Positions 50,046 to 61,229 of a stretch of 64,000 nucleotides of DNA are shown here, in pieces. Positions within the stretch are counted from its first letter, which is position 1, and each line of letters begins with the position of its first letter. The notes under the pieces were generated by a model. The model was not told the DNA's origin. It did no database searches and saw only the letters and a list, made by a program, of their open reading frames with translations. The stretch is taken from NCBI GenBank assembly GCA_965235115.1, contig OZ249445.1, forward strand, positions 12,400,001 through 12,464,000, given 5' to 3'. Position numbers and translations under genes: made by a program. The DNA comes from Laetmonice hystrix. Lineage: Eukaryota.

Positions 50046-53000
50046 TCAACTGTTGGGTGTGTTCTGTCGCAAGTTCCAGACTCGGCTAATCTTGGGTTTC
50101 GCTCCCATACAGACAATACGCTCTGCTGAGACACTGTCATACTCTGAACTCTCACTGCGAATATCAATTCCCATGTAGTAATATCTAAAAAGGTAAAAAG
50201 ATAGTCCTCAGGTATACATGGCGAGGACTAGGGGCAGAACAATTCACTGTAAAATTGGTGCATCGACAATTCAGAGGGCATGATCGTATCCTAAGTATAG
50301 TATCGTAAAAGGTCATTTTGAAGAAACTGATCAAAATACAAGCCAAATTAATGATTCTAGTACATGTTTCCACACAGGTTTCATAGGCTACCCTCCTGCA
50401 TTGAAATGTATTCTGACATTTTGTTTACCGGTAATGTTATTATACATGTGGTTCATGATATATTTTATCTGAGTTCTGCATCACATCTTTGAGTTCATGT
50501 TATTCTTTTTGATAGAGAAGTGTCAACAGAACAATAACTGTAGCTACAATACGAATTTATTTACAGATTATAACATATTTTTAGAAGACATACGGTAAAT
50601 GAACAAATGATACTTTCTTTATGTATGTGTAAAAGAATTATATCGTGAATCGTATCATGACCATGCGCAATACATATTGTTTCACACAAAAATCTATCAT
50701 TCCACCCCTAGAGAGGACATGCTTTGTTTACCTCTCTTAGTCATAATCACATAAGAATTAGAGCAGAATTTTGAATAAAGTGTAATGACCCTATGAAAGA
50801 TGGGTATGCTACGGTATGATACGGTATATCACAATTATGGTAAAATGGAATTTTCAAAATCTATAGATACTTCTCTAACCGTTCAAGGTAACAGGTAAGC
50901 AGGTATGCACAGCAGATTCACATCATTCAGTGAACTGGAGATGGTAGGGATAGTAAAGGTGAAAAGGGTTTATAAAAGGTTTATAAAAGATATACTACTC
51001 ACTTGGATTCTCCCCTTACTCCAAGCCTTCTCATTATCATATGGGAGAACTTCTTGAGTATCATCTGGAAGTCAAAGCATTTGTGCATATGTTCTTTTAC
51101 TAACATTCTTTCAAAGCATGTCACAAACAATTCCTTCCTATAGATAGTCTAATTGTCCTTAATTTAAATACACATAGTTTTATTATACATTTACTCACCT
51201 TGCCAAAAATAGCATGTGTTGCAGGAACAATGGAGCGACGTTTACAGAAACTGATATAATGTGCGTACACTGAGGTCCGTAGGAGGCAGTTAAGGGGCAC
51301 AACTTCATACTCGTTCTCAAGCCTAAACACAAATAAGATGTTGCCATAAATATTACCGGTACCTATCTCTTCAAAAGGGATGCTGCATTGTGACACATTC
51401 ATGATGATTCAAATATACTCCTAACTGCTGGAGTATACTTTCCTTACAAAATTTCTACAAAACTGTAATATGAAGTGCTTATGAGCACAACTAATTATGT
51501 TCCAATCCTAAGAAGGCCTGTGATTTCTTGTTTTACAAACACAAGTTTTCTTCGGCACAATAGATATAAGACATTTCCTCAGGAGCTGATCATACCACTC
51601 AAGGGTGGCTTCCCAGTGAGCTTGTTTCTCTGAGGCTGACAACTTCTTCCAACTTGTTACAACCGGTTGTGTCATTTCCTCCACATCTGATGAACAGTCA
51701 ACAAAGCATGGCCTTTTTGCTGGACTTTCTTCATTCTGAAACAACCAAATATTATGTAAACAAGATAATTAAATTTACCAACCATAAATATACAAAGCCT
51801 GTTTCATAAAAACTATTATCCCAACTACAATAAGTCCTGAAGATATATTTTTCGTGCTCGTCTCCATTTTTTGTACTATTTTATTGTGGTTAGAAAGTCC
51901 AAGGAACATCTTGAAAGAGTTACCTCTACTTTTGTATGGTCCACCCGTCTTCCTTTTGCAACAGTATGATATTCTTCAGAGGAGTCAAGAATGTCAAGAC
52001 CAGCATAGTAGTGGCTGCAAAATCCGAGAACAAATCTCACTTTTAATTTCAGGTCGAGCTGTTAAATGAACACATACATGTAATTGTTTGTATAGAACAT
52101 TAGCAATTGAGGAGCATGGCATTTCCTTATAAATATAACTAAGACCTATTACTTTGTTCTGGCACTGGAAGCTCTTAAACTGTTATGTAATTCTGAGATT
52201 TTTGAAGAAGTTACATCTTTCCAGTGACTTGACCTCTTTAACTAAGACAAAGACTCTGTAAATTTACTGTTAGATAATTCCTCGCCATAACTGAAGATAG
52301 CATTTTTAATACTCACAAGCTCTTTCCACGTTTACGCAGGTTTTTCAGTCTAACATTCGGATACTTTGTCAGAACCATCTGAAGAATTTAGACGGTTTAG
52401 TAAAAGAGGTATACATGGCTTCAAATCAAAATACTTGTTTGCCTCCCATTTGCCTGAATACATGATTCTACCAGTAGTATAGACTAATACTGCATGTACC
52501 TATGTATCAAATCTACTCTTCCATTATTGTATACAATTTTTTTTCTCACAATTACTCAAAAGGCATGCTAGAAACATTAATAATGAATGACCTGAAAACT
52601 TAGCACACAATTTATATCAAAGTACGGTACTATCCTTTTACAGGCAACAGAGGACCAGCAATAATGTGATTAGAATTGTTTTTCTTCTTCTGTGCCAGGT
52701 TTAGTTAACCCTTTGGACCCGATTGGCCAAATTTCCAGCCAAAGTACATAGTACAATACCAATTGGCCAGTTTTCTGGCCAGCTCATTAAGCTTAATTTG
52801 ATGGCCAGAAAAAAAGTCCGGATATATAGTCATTATGATAAATAATGCTTCAGGGTTGAAAGGGTTAAATGATAAAGAGATGAGATTATGATCACAAAAT
52901 TAGTTTACCCTACCTTAGAGAAAGTACAATTAGATGCAGTTATCTTCGAACACTGTGAGGAGTAAAGCACATAGTGTTGATGGACAAGCTCCCGCAACAA

Positions 53001-54439
53001 TGAGACATTCGCTTCTTCCTTATAATTCTCCTCTAACCTACAATACCAAAACATAAAAATACCACAATCCACAGTGAGGGACATTCTTATATTTTAGATT
53101 TCAAACCAAGCCTGTTGCCCACCAACAACTGAGTTGACTTACTTGACCACAAAATATTTATAAATAATTAAAACCTGTGCTTATACTGGCTTATCATCAT
53201 GTATTACAATACCTCAATAGGAAGATAATAAAAATGATGACCGTTTATTACAACAAATCTTACCATTTATTGACTTTTTCAGTGTGTTTCTTCTTTTCAA
53301 TGTTGGTCAGAGACTTCCAATCTTTCGGGAAGCCACTTGATGTATCTTCGTCTGATGACATCTCTGAATTCTAAAAAAAAAGTAGAGATGTAGAGCCAGT
53401 CAATTTCCACGATCACGGAATCGCGGATGGAATCGCGGAAATTACTATCTGAAACAGAATTTTCTATCTGAAAGCCTGGCAGAGTGGGAAGGGAGGGAGG
53501 CCCAGCCGATTAGAGCTCGACCTCGGCCTCATTAAAAGCTGTGACCTGCCCCCTCCTCCCGTGGGCAGCCGTTACGGCCGGCGGCCTATTAATGCACCCA
53601 CTGGAGGAGTGGAGTGGGAGGGTCATGAATATGCTCAAGCTCTTTTTAGAGTGAACAGACTGGACTCGCAAATGTGACAGGTGTGCAGGTATGGTTGTTC
53701 ATTTTTGTGGGACACCCTGTATACTGAGAAAATACTGAAACAAAAAAAAACACGGAATTTTTAAAATTCAAGCAAACAAAAAATGGAATTTTTCATTTTC
53801 AAAACGGAATTTCCTGGCAAGGATCACAGAATTTGACTGGGTCTAGAGATGTTTTGGGCTACTTGAGATCTGCCTTTCTTTAATAAAGAACTTTAAATTT
53901 TAACAGGGATTTCTATTCAGAAACTAATTTGTTATAAACTTACTCCTTAGACTTAGTTAGGACGGGACTATTTATACGGGACTGTTTGGTGTGGATCTCG
54001 TTAACTTGACATGGCCTTGGGCTTGGCCTGCCAACCACAGGCACAGGTCTAACGTTAGTCTTAGACTTACTAAGTCACTTAGTGCCAACCAAGTTTTGAG
54101 GCCATGCGGCCATTCTCTTGTGTACTGGCCTAGACCAAAGCCAGGCTCAGGCCCAGCATGCCCAAGTTGGGACCCCTTCTTTGTTACCAGGCTGGACAGA
54201 CATCAAATCAGAGTAAAGACGAGGGAGAGAGCGGGCGTTTTTTCTTACCGTGGCCGTTGACGCGTGACAACTGACACTGACAGCCGCTCTCACTCCAGTC
54301 ACTGACACCAGACTGTCTCACTCTCAGTCTCACTCAGTCTCAGCGAACCCAGATAATAAATGCTGAGGGAGTCTGACGGTCACAAATCTCCAGACTAAGC
54401 CAGTCTATGATATATTTTTACGATGTCTACAACTGCCAT
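50046..54439 (-). CDS. Protein with two tandem RFX-type winged-helix DNA-binding domains, ~288 aa, 9 coding exons
   Basis: Exons (minus): 54439-54422, 53370-53264, 53037-52914, 52378-52317, 52014-51924, 51735-51596, 51322-51199, 51064-51003, 50184-50046. All GT-AG, in frame, 867 nt. Domain 2: WLENEYEVVPLNCLLRTSVYAHYISFCKRRSIVPATHAIFGK-MILKKFSHMIMRRLGVRGESKYYYMGI, vs recalled RFX consensus WL..NYE..EGVSLPR..LY.HY..HC......P.NAASFGKLIR..F..L.TRRLGTRG.SKYHYYG. Domain 1: WLEENYKEEANVSLLRELVHQHY...TFSK-MVLTKYPNVRLKNLRKRGKSFHYYAGL. The start exon and C-terminus are less certain. Confidence 0.82.
52709..52864. mobile_element. piggyBac-type MITE in an intron of the RFX-domain gene
   Basis: TTAA on both flanks (52705-08, 52865-68); termini CCCTTTGGACCC / GGGTTGAAAGGG. 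Confidence 0.75.
53392..53844. mobile_element. Non-autonomous DNA transposon with target-site duplication (hAT-like if 8 bp)
   Basis: TIR AGAGCCAGTCAATTT / AATTTGACTGGGTCT; AGAGATGT on both flanks (or GAGATG if the ends are taken as TAG..CTA). Contains a mariner-like terminus TTTGTGGGACACCCTGTA near 53703-53720. Confidence 0.8.
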
Positions 54440-54539
54440 TTATCGTCCAGGCGTTTATCTTGGTGGGAAACTGTAAATAAAATAGGGCCTAGGGCCTAAC
54501 AAATATTGGTGGAAAGCAATATTTTGACGGAAGTACAAC

Positions 54540-54730
54540 CTCACCAAAAATGGTAAAAAATGAAGGTGTCTTCCTAGTCTAGTTGAGCAAGAATCCACTA
54601 CGCGGCGCCACCACATGCTTGATAGATTCGTGACGTCACTGTGACGTAGCCTGGAACAAATCCACAGCGAAAGCAGAAGGAAACAAGTGTGTACCATTGA
54701 GCGAGTCTTTATAAACGAAAATCTGTGACC
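54540..54730. promoter_or_regulatory. Bidirectional promoter shared by the RFX-domain gene and TMEM86
   Basis: Divergent ATGs at 54439 (-) and 54731 (+); CpG-rich; perfect CRE TGACGTCA at 54631-54638 plus a TGACGT half-site at ~54642; minus-strand 5' UTR intron 54544-54471 (GTGAGG...TTTACAG). Confidence 0.6.
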
Positions 54731-57700
54731 ATGACGAAACCACTGACGGTTGTAAGTATATTATATAGTTAGGGAATGATTTTGTCTGTTTCTTCGCGTA
54801 TTTCTATTTTTATATGGTTTATTTCCTGTGGTCAGTCGAGGCGTTGACCACGTCCCGACCGACCACATGCTGATGTGATGAAGCGATGATGGTGTGTTGT
54901 CGGTGCAGCACTGCCATGCCCGACGTAAACAACCAGATGCTGAGGCATGGTCTCGTGACTGTGTGTTGGTAGCCACCGTAGCATCCTTAACCGTGATAAG
55001 GTATACTATATAATAAGATTAACGTTAACATTTTTTTAAAGCTGTCATCGGTCACATTTTGTTTGGTGTTTAGTGAAGCCTGATGACAGTGTTACTGTTA
55101 CTTAGTCTTAGTGAATGACATTGACAGTTGATTTGTTGAGTCAGGGATGCGAATGGTTTGTCTGATTTTGCGCGTTAGGCCAGCATCATGAGCCGTATGT
55201 GGGCCCACTGCGGCACTGGCAATGGCCACCATACGCCACGGCACTGGAAGCTGAAGCTGAAGGTCGCTTGAATCAGACTAGTCAGCTCGTGAATAGGGAA
55301 GGGCCAGTGGCAATCAACCTGACTCTCACTAGATCTCGTGACAACTGCTGAATCAGACTCGTAAAACTATTCACTTCGCGAGTGACTAATTACTACTAGT
55401 AGTAGTAGTAGGCCTAATACAAATTAAAATACCGGGTCCGGGGGTAACATTAGGCCTATACTAGCACTAACAGTAACAGACTAGTAATTTACGAGAAGTA
55501 GCAGGGCGGATCTAGGGTCTACATTCAGGGGGGGGGGGGGGTCCGAGGGGAGTCCAGCATAAAAAAGGCAAATCGGGGGGGGGGGGGTCCGTTGTAAAAG
55601 CAATAAGGCATGTTGGTTAAAAAAATTTTTTTTAATTTGGCAAATTTGAAGGGGGGGGGGGGGGTCTGGACGTCGCCGACACCGCCCCGGATCCGCCTAT
55701 GAGTAGAATTATTTGAAGTCCTTAAGCCACCCTGACACTTGCATGATTTTTGTTCCCGCAATGCCACGCACTTCGGTGTGCCAATGATTAAAGTCTTTGG
55801 GAACGAGCATGAGGAGTGTGTGACGGGTGCGTGGGTGCAGGGCATATCGTAGAGAGAATTTCAAAATGTTCAAAAATTTGGCACGCATCAATGTTCGTGC
55901 CATGTGCGTGCCACTTGCATGAACCATACGTGAACACTGCAAAGTTGTGAAATCGGTGTGAACACCATGGTGAACACTGCCGACAGTCTGTCTAGCTACA
56001 CTGAAATGTAGCCCTGTGGACGCACTTCGGTTGAGGGGTAGGTAAGTGAGCCTACCTGTACTAATGACATTGACTTCAACAGTAGTGCCATCTAGGGTAT
56101 CACTGACACTGTAATTTAATTTTTTTCCTGGGGGAGAGCCCCCCCCCCCCCCCATCATGGCTAAGGGGGAAACCCCATTCGACCAAATTCCTGGATCTGC
56201 CTCGGACTGCCAAGCTTGTGCCCCGACACGCAGAAATTTCTAGCTACGGCCTTGTTGATATGTGCATATGCCACTTTTATTTGACTGTTTAGGGCCAGGC
56301 TACTCACTGGGGGGGGGGGGGGGGCATTTGAGAAAGTGCCCTTTTTCCATAGCACCTCCCACCCCCGTCTTGAAAATCCTCGATCCGCCTCTGATGTGCC
56401 GCTGAGCCCACCCAAAGTTTAAATCTGGTTTCTATCTAAGCTGCCAAAGTTAACTGCTGTCTGAAAATGAGTTATTCAGGAATTTAATGCTCGCCCACTC
56501 GCTAATGGCGAGTTAAAGCTCTGTTGGGCGACCATGTCTGACCATTCAGGGCGACCTACTGCGATTTGTCTAAAATGATCACACGAGGGAATTTTTTTTC
56601 CTGCAATCGCCTGCTCCCACAATGGCAGTCATAACGATACTACCGTGTACCGTAATGTATTTGGCAGGTTGGCATTGAGAGGCAAAGACTTAGAATCTTC
56701 AGTAGGTTCTAAGTTCTCCAGTTGCACAATTTGAGAACTTCTACCGCCACAAGACAGCACCTTCTACTGTACCGATTTCTGTGGTTGGAATGGCTAGTAG
56801 GTGATTTTCCCCAATTTCCACCCCTGGTTATTCAAAGCACAATCAGCTAGGTGTTGTGACATGGTCAATGTATAATGTATTGAGTCTATACCCAAACCCA
56901 AACCAGTCCAATTCTTACATTTCCATGAATAAATTATTTGGCTAATTATCCTCAGAATAGGCTGCCAGTTGGCAGAATGAATCAAGAATAGATGGAAAGC
57001 TTATTACGGCTATGAGTATGATGGCAGGTTTGTAGGTATTAATTCTGGTGAGACACTGAAGCCAGATGTGGCATGAAATATTACTTTGAAGTGAATGCTA
57101 TTGAACAACACTTGTTTTAAGTTTGAAAATTATTTTTTGCATGAAGGTGGAAGGTGACTCAGTAGGCTTTGGACTGATTCCTTAAACCAAGGTTTACAGA
57201 TGGTATTGCATACCTGTCAACCATTCCGATTTACTGTACTTGCAATCGTTCCGATTTTCTTGTTTCCAGATATAGCAAAAATCAGAACCTTCAGATTTTC
57301 AGATCGCAAAATATCATCAAATAATGTCAAATTTGATATCAGTTTGACACGTATGGCAACTATACTGCCATTTTATGACCTGATGTGAATAAAATTTGGC
57401 ATAATTAAATTATTTGACATTAAATGTTATTTACGGTTAGATTTGTTTAACCATGTTTCTTATCAGAATGTATATTTTATCTTTTTACAGTTCAAGTCTG
57501 TTGGGCCAAAATTGGTGCCATTCTTCAAGACAGTGACTATCTTCTTTGTGTTGTTTGGAGAGGACTCCAAACTTGACTCACTCATCTACTGTGTCTTCAA
57601 GTGCCTTCCGATAATCTCACTCATGATCTTCGTTCTGCTGCATGGTATGAACTTCTCAGAAGCATACGCATATTCAAGGAAAATCCTGATTGGTCTCGTG

Positions 57701-58186
57701 TTCAGTGCTCTTGGTGATGCCTGCCTCGTCTGGAAGAACAACGGGTACTTCCTGCCTGGAGTGGGAATGTTTGGCATGGCACAGATCATGTATGCATTTG
57801 CATTTGGGTTCACACCACTGAACCCAATTGCTGGAGCTGTCATTTCAATGATTGCTGGCACGATATTCATGGCTATCCTGCCGGGACTGAAAGGCATTAT
57901 GGTCTACGTTGGGTCCCTCTACTGTTTGATGATCTTCATGATGTTGTGGCGCGCTGTTGCTCGGGTTCAGATCTTTAACGATCTCTGGACCTGGACCAAA
58001 CTGTGCAGCTGTGCTGGTGCCATCCTCTTCGTCATCTCAGACTTTTTGATTTCATTTGACAGATTTGTCATGCCAGTACCCTACTCGCATCAACTCATCA
58101 TGGTAACGTACTACGCGGCCCAACTTGGAATCTGCCTGTCGGTCGTAGACAGCCAGGTGGATCATCTCCTCAAGAAGACTCAGTAA
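54731..58186 (+). CDS. TMEM86A: Lysoplasmalogenase-like protein TMEM86A (YhhN family), ~238 aa, 2 coding exons
   Basis: Exon 1 54731-54751 (MTKPLTV|GTAAGT), matching recalled human MVSPVTV. Exon 2 57491-58186 (ttttacag|FKSVGPKLVPFFKT...KCLPIISL...GLVFSALGDACL...GA.LFVISDFLISFD...TYYAAQLGI). Multi-pass hydrophobic. Confidence 0.92.
55502..55701. mobile_element. CAG..GCGGATCC-terminus short element; further fragments to ~56400
   Basis: CAGGGCGGATCTAG / GGATCCGCCTATG with internal G-runs and 5-bp direct repeat AGTAG. Additional ends GGATCTGCC (~56190), CTAGCTACGGCC (~56240) and GATCCGCC (~56382) in TMEM86 intron 1. Confidence 0.6.
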
Positions 58187-60570
58187 TGGACCTGTTACCA
58201 GCACACCAAGAATCATACATTAGAGAAGAGAAGATCCAACAAAATATACTCAAAAGGGAGAAAACTGTATTGATCAAAAGGAATAAATGTGTACAATGCA
58301 GAATCGGTGAAAGTATTGAAAATCAAAAATGGTAATTTGTCAGCACTACATCCAGTGAGGTTATGACGGAAAAATTTATTGCTTTAGGTTGGGCAAACCA
58401 GTCTGGCTCAACCTTGTTATCTGTACTTTTTAATACTTTGAATGACGCAGTTTTCTTGCTGCAGTTGAGAAATCAGCATCCTGATTTTTGAAAGTTAGAT
58501 TGGGCACATGTCTGTTATTGTTAATGGCCAAATATGATGCTGACCTGACCATCGACTGGCGTGAGAAGCATATTGGTGCTCTATCATCGTTTTAAATAAA
58601 ACTCCCACGAGAGCTGTAACCTTTATCATAACTTATGACATTCTAAGCTCTTGTGTGTGCTCAGTCTTCCTTTTAAAAATCAGGGAGAATTGCACTAACT
58701 ATCTGGTCCAATTCGGTGCTGGGACCGTTAGCATAATACTCCACAGGTCCATAAATTGTTGTGACTGTTACTGTTAAGTGCAATAGAATGCCGTTCCAAC
58801 AAAAGGGAATGAGATATCTTCATGATGGGGAACTCCTATCAGTCAACAGTTCATGCCAAATCAGCTAATGCCAAGGGGATGCCAAACATGATAAGTATTG
58901 CTAGAGTCTATACAGGTAACTTGGGGTAATAGTCAAGACCCAGGCGACCAGGGATCGAAATTATCAGAAGCTGTGGAGCAATTTGCTTCCCTATGATCAT
59001 GACTGTTGTACATTGTAAAACCTATTTTCGGAAGCAATTATTTGCTTCTTTGGGAAAATCTTGATCCCAATGACCGCATGTCTGAATCGTTGCTAAGCAA
59101 CCAAGGGCCAAGAGTAACATTGAAAATCAACAAATCAGTTACAAAACTAATTATTATATTGGGAGTTGAGATGATAGTTGTAAAGCAAGTGTGCACTAGA
59201 AAGAAAACATAGCAATGTGTAATGATTGTATCCTAAAACATAATTTGTTTGTTACCTCAAGACTGTATGTGCCCCCTGCCCTGCTTATGACTTGTTCCAC
59301 CCAAGATGCCCTACAGAGGTATAGAAATGTCACTGATATGATATCACTATTTAAAAAATGCTTGAGGTATCAATCTTCAAGTGAAGGGACTTTTTGTGTA
59401 CCGGTATTGATCAGTATTTTTAAAACTTGCCCAGCCATCTCAAAGGCCCACTGGTTCAGGTTTTAGCCAGAATATCGCTTATCTAAATGACTAAGTGTTA
59501 CCGAGCCACTTTCCTTAAATTAAAAACACTTGAGAATTGTAAAGAAAAGCCCAGGCCTCTGTATTGGCATAGAGAAGTATAGAATTTGATCCAGTCTGTA
59601 ACACAACAGTAAAACCAGGAAATGAAGGTATGGTGGTGGTCATGCACGCAGTCTGTGTCATGGTTGGCTTAGGACAAAACCAGTTACAGGGAAGTGTTTC
59701 ACCAAAGCTGCCAGTCCGATTCTAGCCAGGTTCTCACGGTAAAATGTGGGTCATCTTGAGATCATGCCTAACACACGAATTACTAGCACCCATGAACTTG
59801 CCAGAAAATTAGATGAACCCAAACAAAAGTAGTTTAGCCAATGTAGAAAAATCTTGATGTTGTATAAAACTTTTTTTTTTGGTGCATATGCTTTTGCAAG
59901 AGAATCGATGACCGTAAAGCACTCAGAACTTAAGAAGGTTGCTTAATTAAGTTAATAATAGGCCTTAAGTTTTGGAATTTACAAAAGTTTTTGACCGAGT
60001 TTCAGTTTATCACTGAGTGCAGTAAGCTAAACAAACCGATGACAAATGATACTGTAAAAATTCAGAACATTATCATTCTAGACAGTATTTGTATTGATCA
60101 TACATTTAGGACATCTATTTAAAACAGTAAAAAAAAATTGATAAATCAATAAAAACTGATGATAAATGAGTCCAAGCAGGACCAGACTTTGGTAGCTTAG
60201 CTACTTTGGTATCCTCCATATCATCTGGTCACGCATATGGGCACAATGCTCTTGGCAAATTATGGACAAACAGCATGGCACGGCATGACAACATCTGTGC
60301 TTTATATATCTGTGTTATAATTGCACTGACACGCAGCAGGCTCACAAACACATGAGAAGACAAAACATTGTGAGATCAGTTGGTGCACTGTTCCAGGTAC
60401 ACCTGAGCCATGGTTGTTAACAATCCGTGAAATAGAAAGCTGACCCAGCTAGCTGATTCATCTTGACACAGATCGGTTTCCTTTAGAACATGATGAAGGG
60501 CGTGCCTCCAAAACTTGCGGTTGGAGCAAATGCTGCGCCTGAAATCACAAAAATCATCAGAGCGTGGTCC

Positions 60571-60757
60571 AGGGTCAGGCTCAAAAGTCTACACGTTTAT
60601 CATGGCAGCGCATACTTTTTGGTTTTTTTCGATTTGACAATGCCAATGGTAATATGTATCAAAAACTTGGCAAATTCATTGGGATTTAGGGAGGGGGCGG
60701 GGTTGGCTTTCCTAGGTTCTGATACGAATGTGTCCCCCTTTCTTTTAGCCTGACCCT
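60571..60757. mobile_element. MITE
   Basis: TIR AGGGTCAGGCTCAAAAG / CTTTTAGCCTGACCCT (1 indel). Confidence 0.55.
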
Positions 60758-60826
60758 CCAGACGCTTTATGGGTGTGGCGTTTATAGAAGAATAAGTGGG
60801 GTGTGGTCAAAATTCTTAAGGCCCAA

Positions 60827-60949
60827 GGGGCTGTTTCACTAAAGCATATCGGACCGTCCGACTGGCGACGGACAGTCTGTCGCGTTGTTGTAGGGCCTGC
60901 AATGTTTGGTCCATCGCCGGTCAGACGCGCTTAGTGAAAAAAAGCCCCC
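60827..60949. mobile_element. MITE (GGG...TTCACTAA TIR family)
   Basis: GGGGCTGTTTCACTAA / TTAGTGAAAAAAAGCCCC; CpG-rich interior. Confidence 0.6.
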
Positions 60950-61229
60950 AGGTCCTTAGACTTCCTTACAAATTTATTTCAGGGATAGAACAGCATGGTA
61001 GAGCTAATACAAACGCTCTTTCCAGCATTCAATCTTCCATGTGTATGTCTGGCACTACTCTAATCCACATCGTATACCAACAAGGAACACAATATAACAT
61101 GCGAGCCACAAGCTTAGATGTCCGCCATGTACAATGTACAATAAGAATGCCTTTGAGAATGTATGGAGTTGGCACTTTGCCAGTGCAATCATTGCTGCGT
61201 TTGTGGGTCAATTTGTGCCCATGGGTAGA

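Noticed and set aside
54947-54965. ATGGTCTCGTGACTGTG resembling TMEM86A MVS(P)VTV start
   Set aside because: In-frame TGA; the better exon MTKPLTV|GTAAGT at 54731-54751 fits phase and length.
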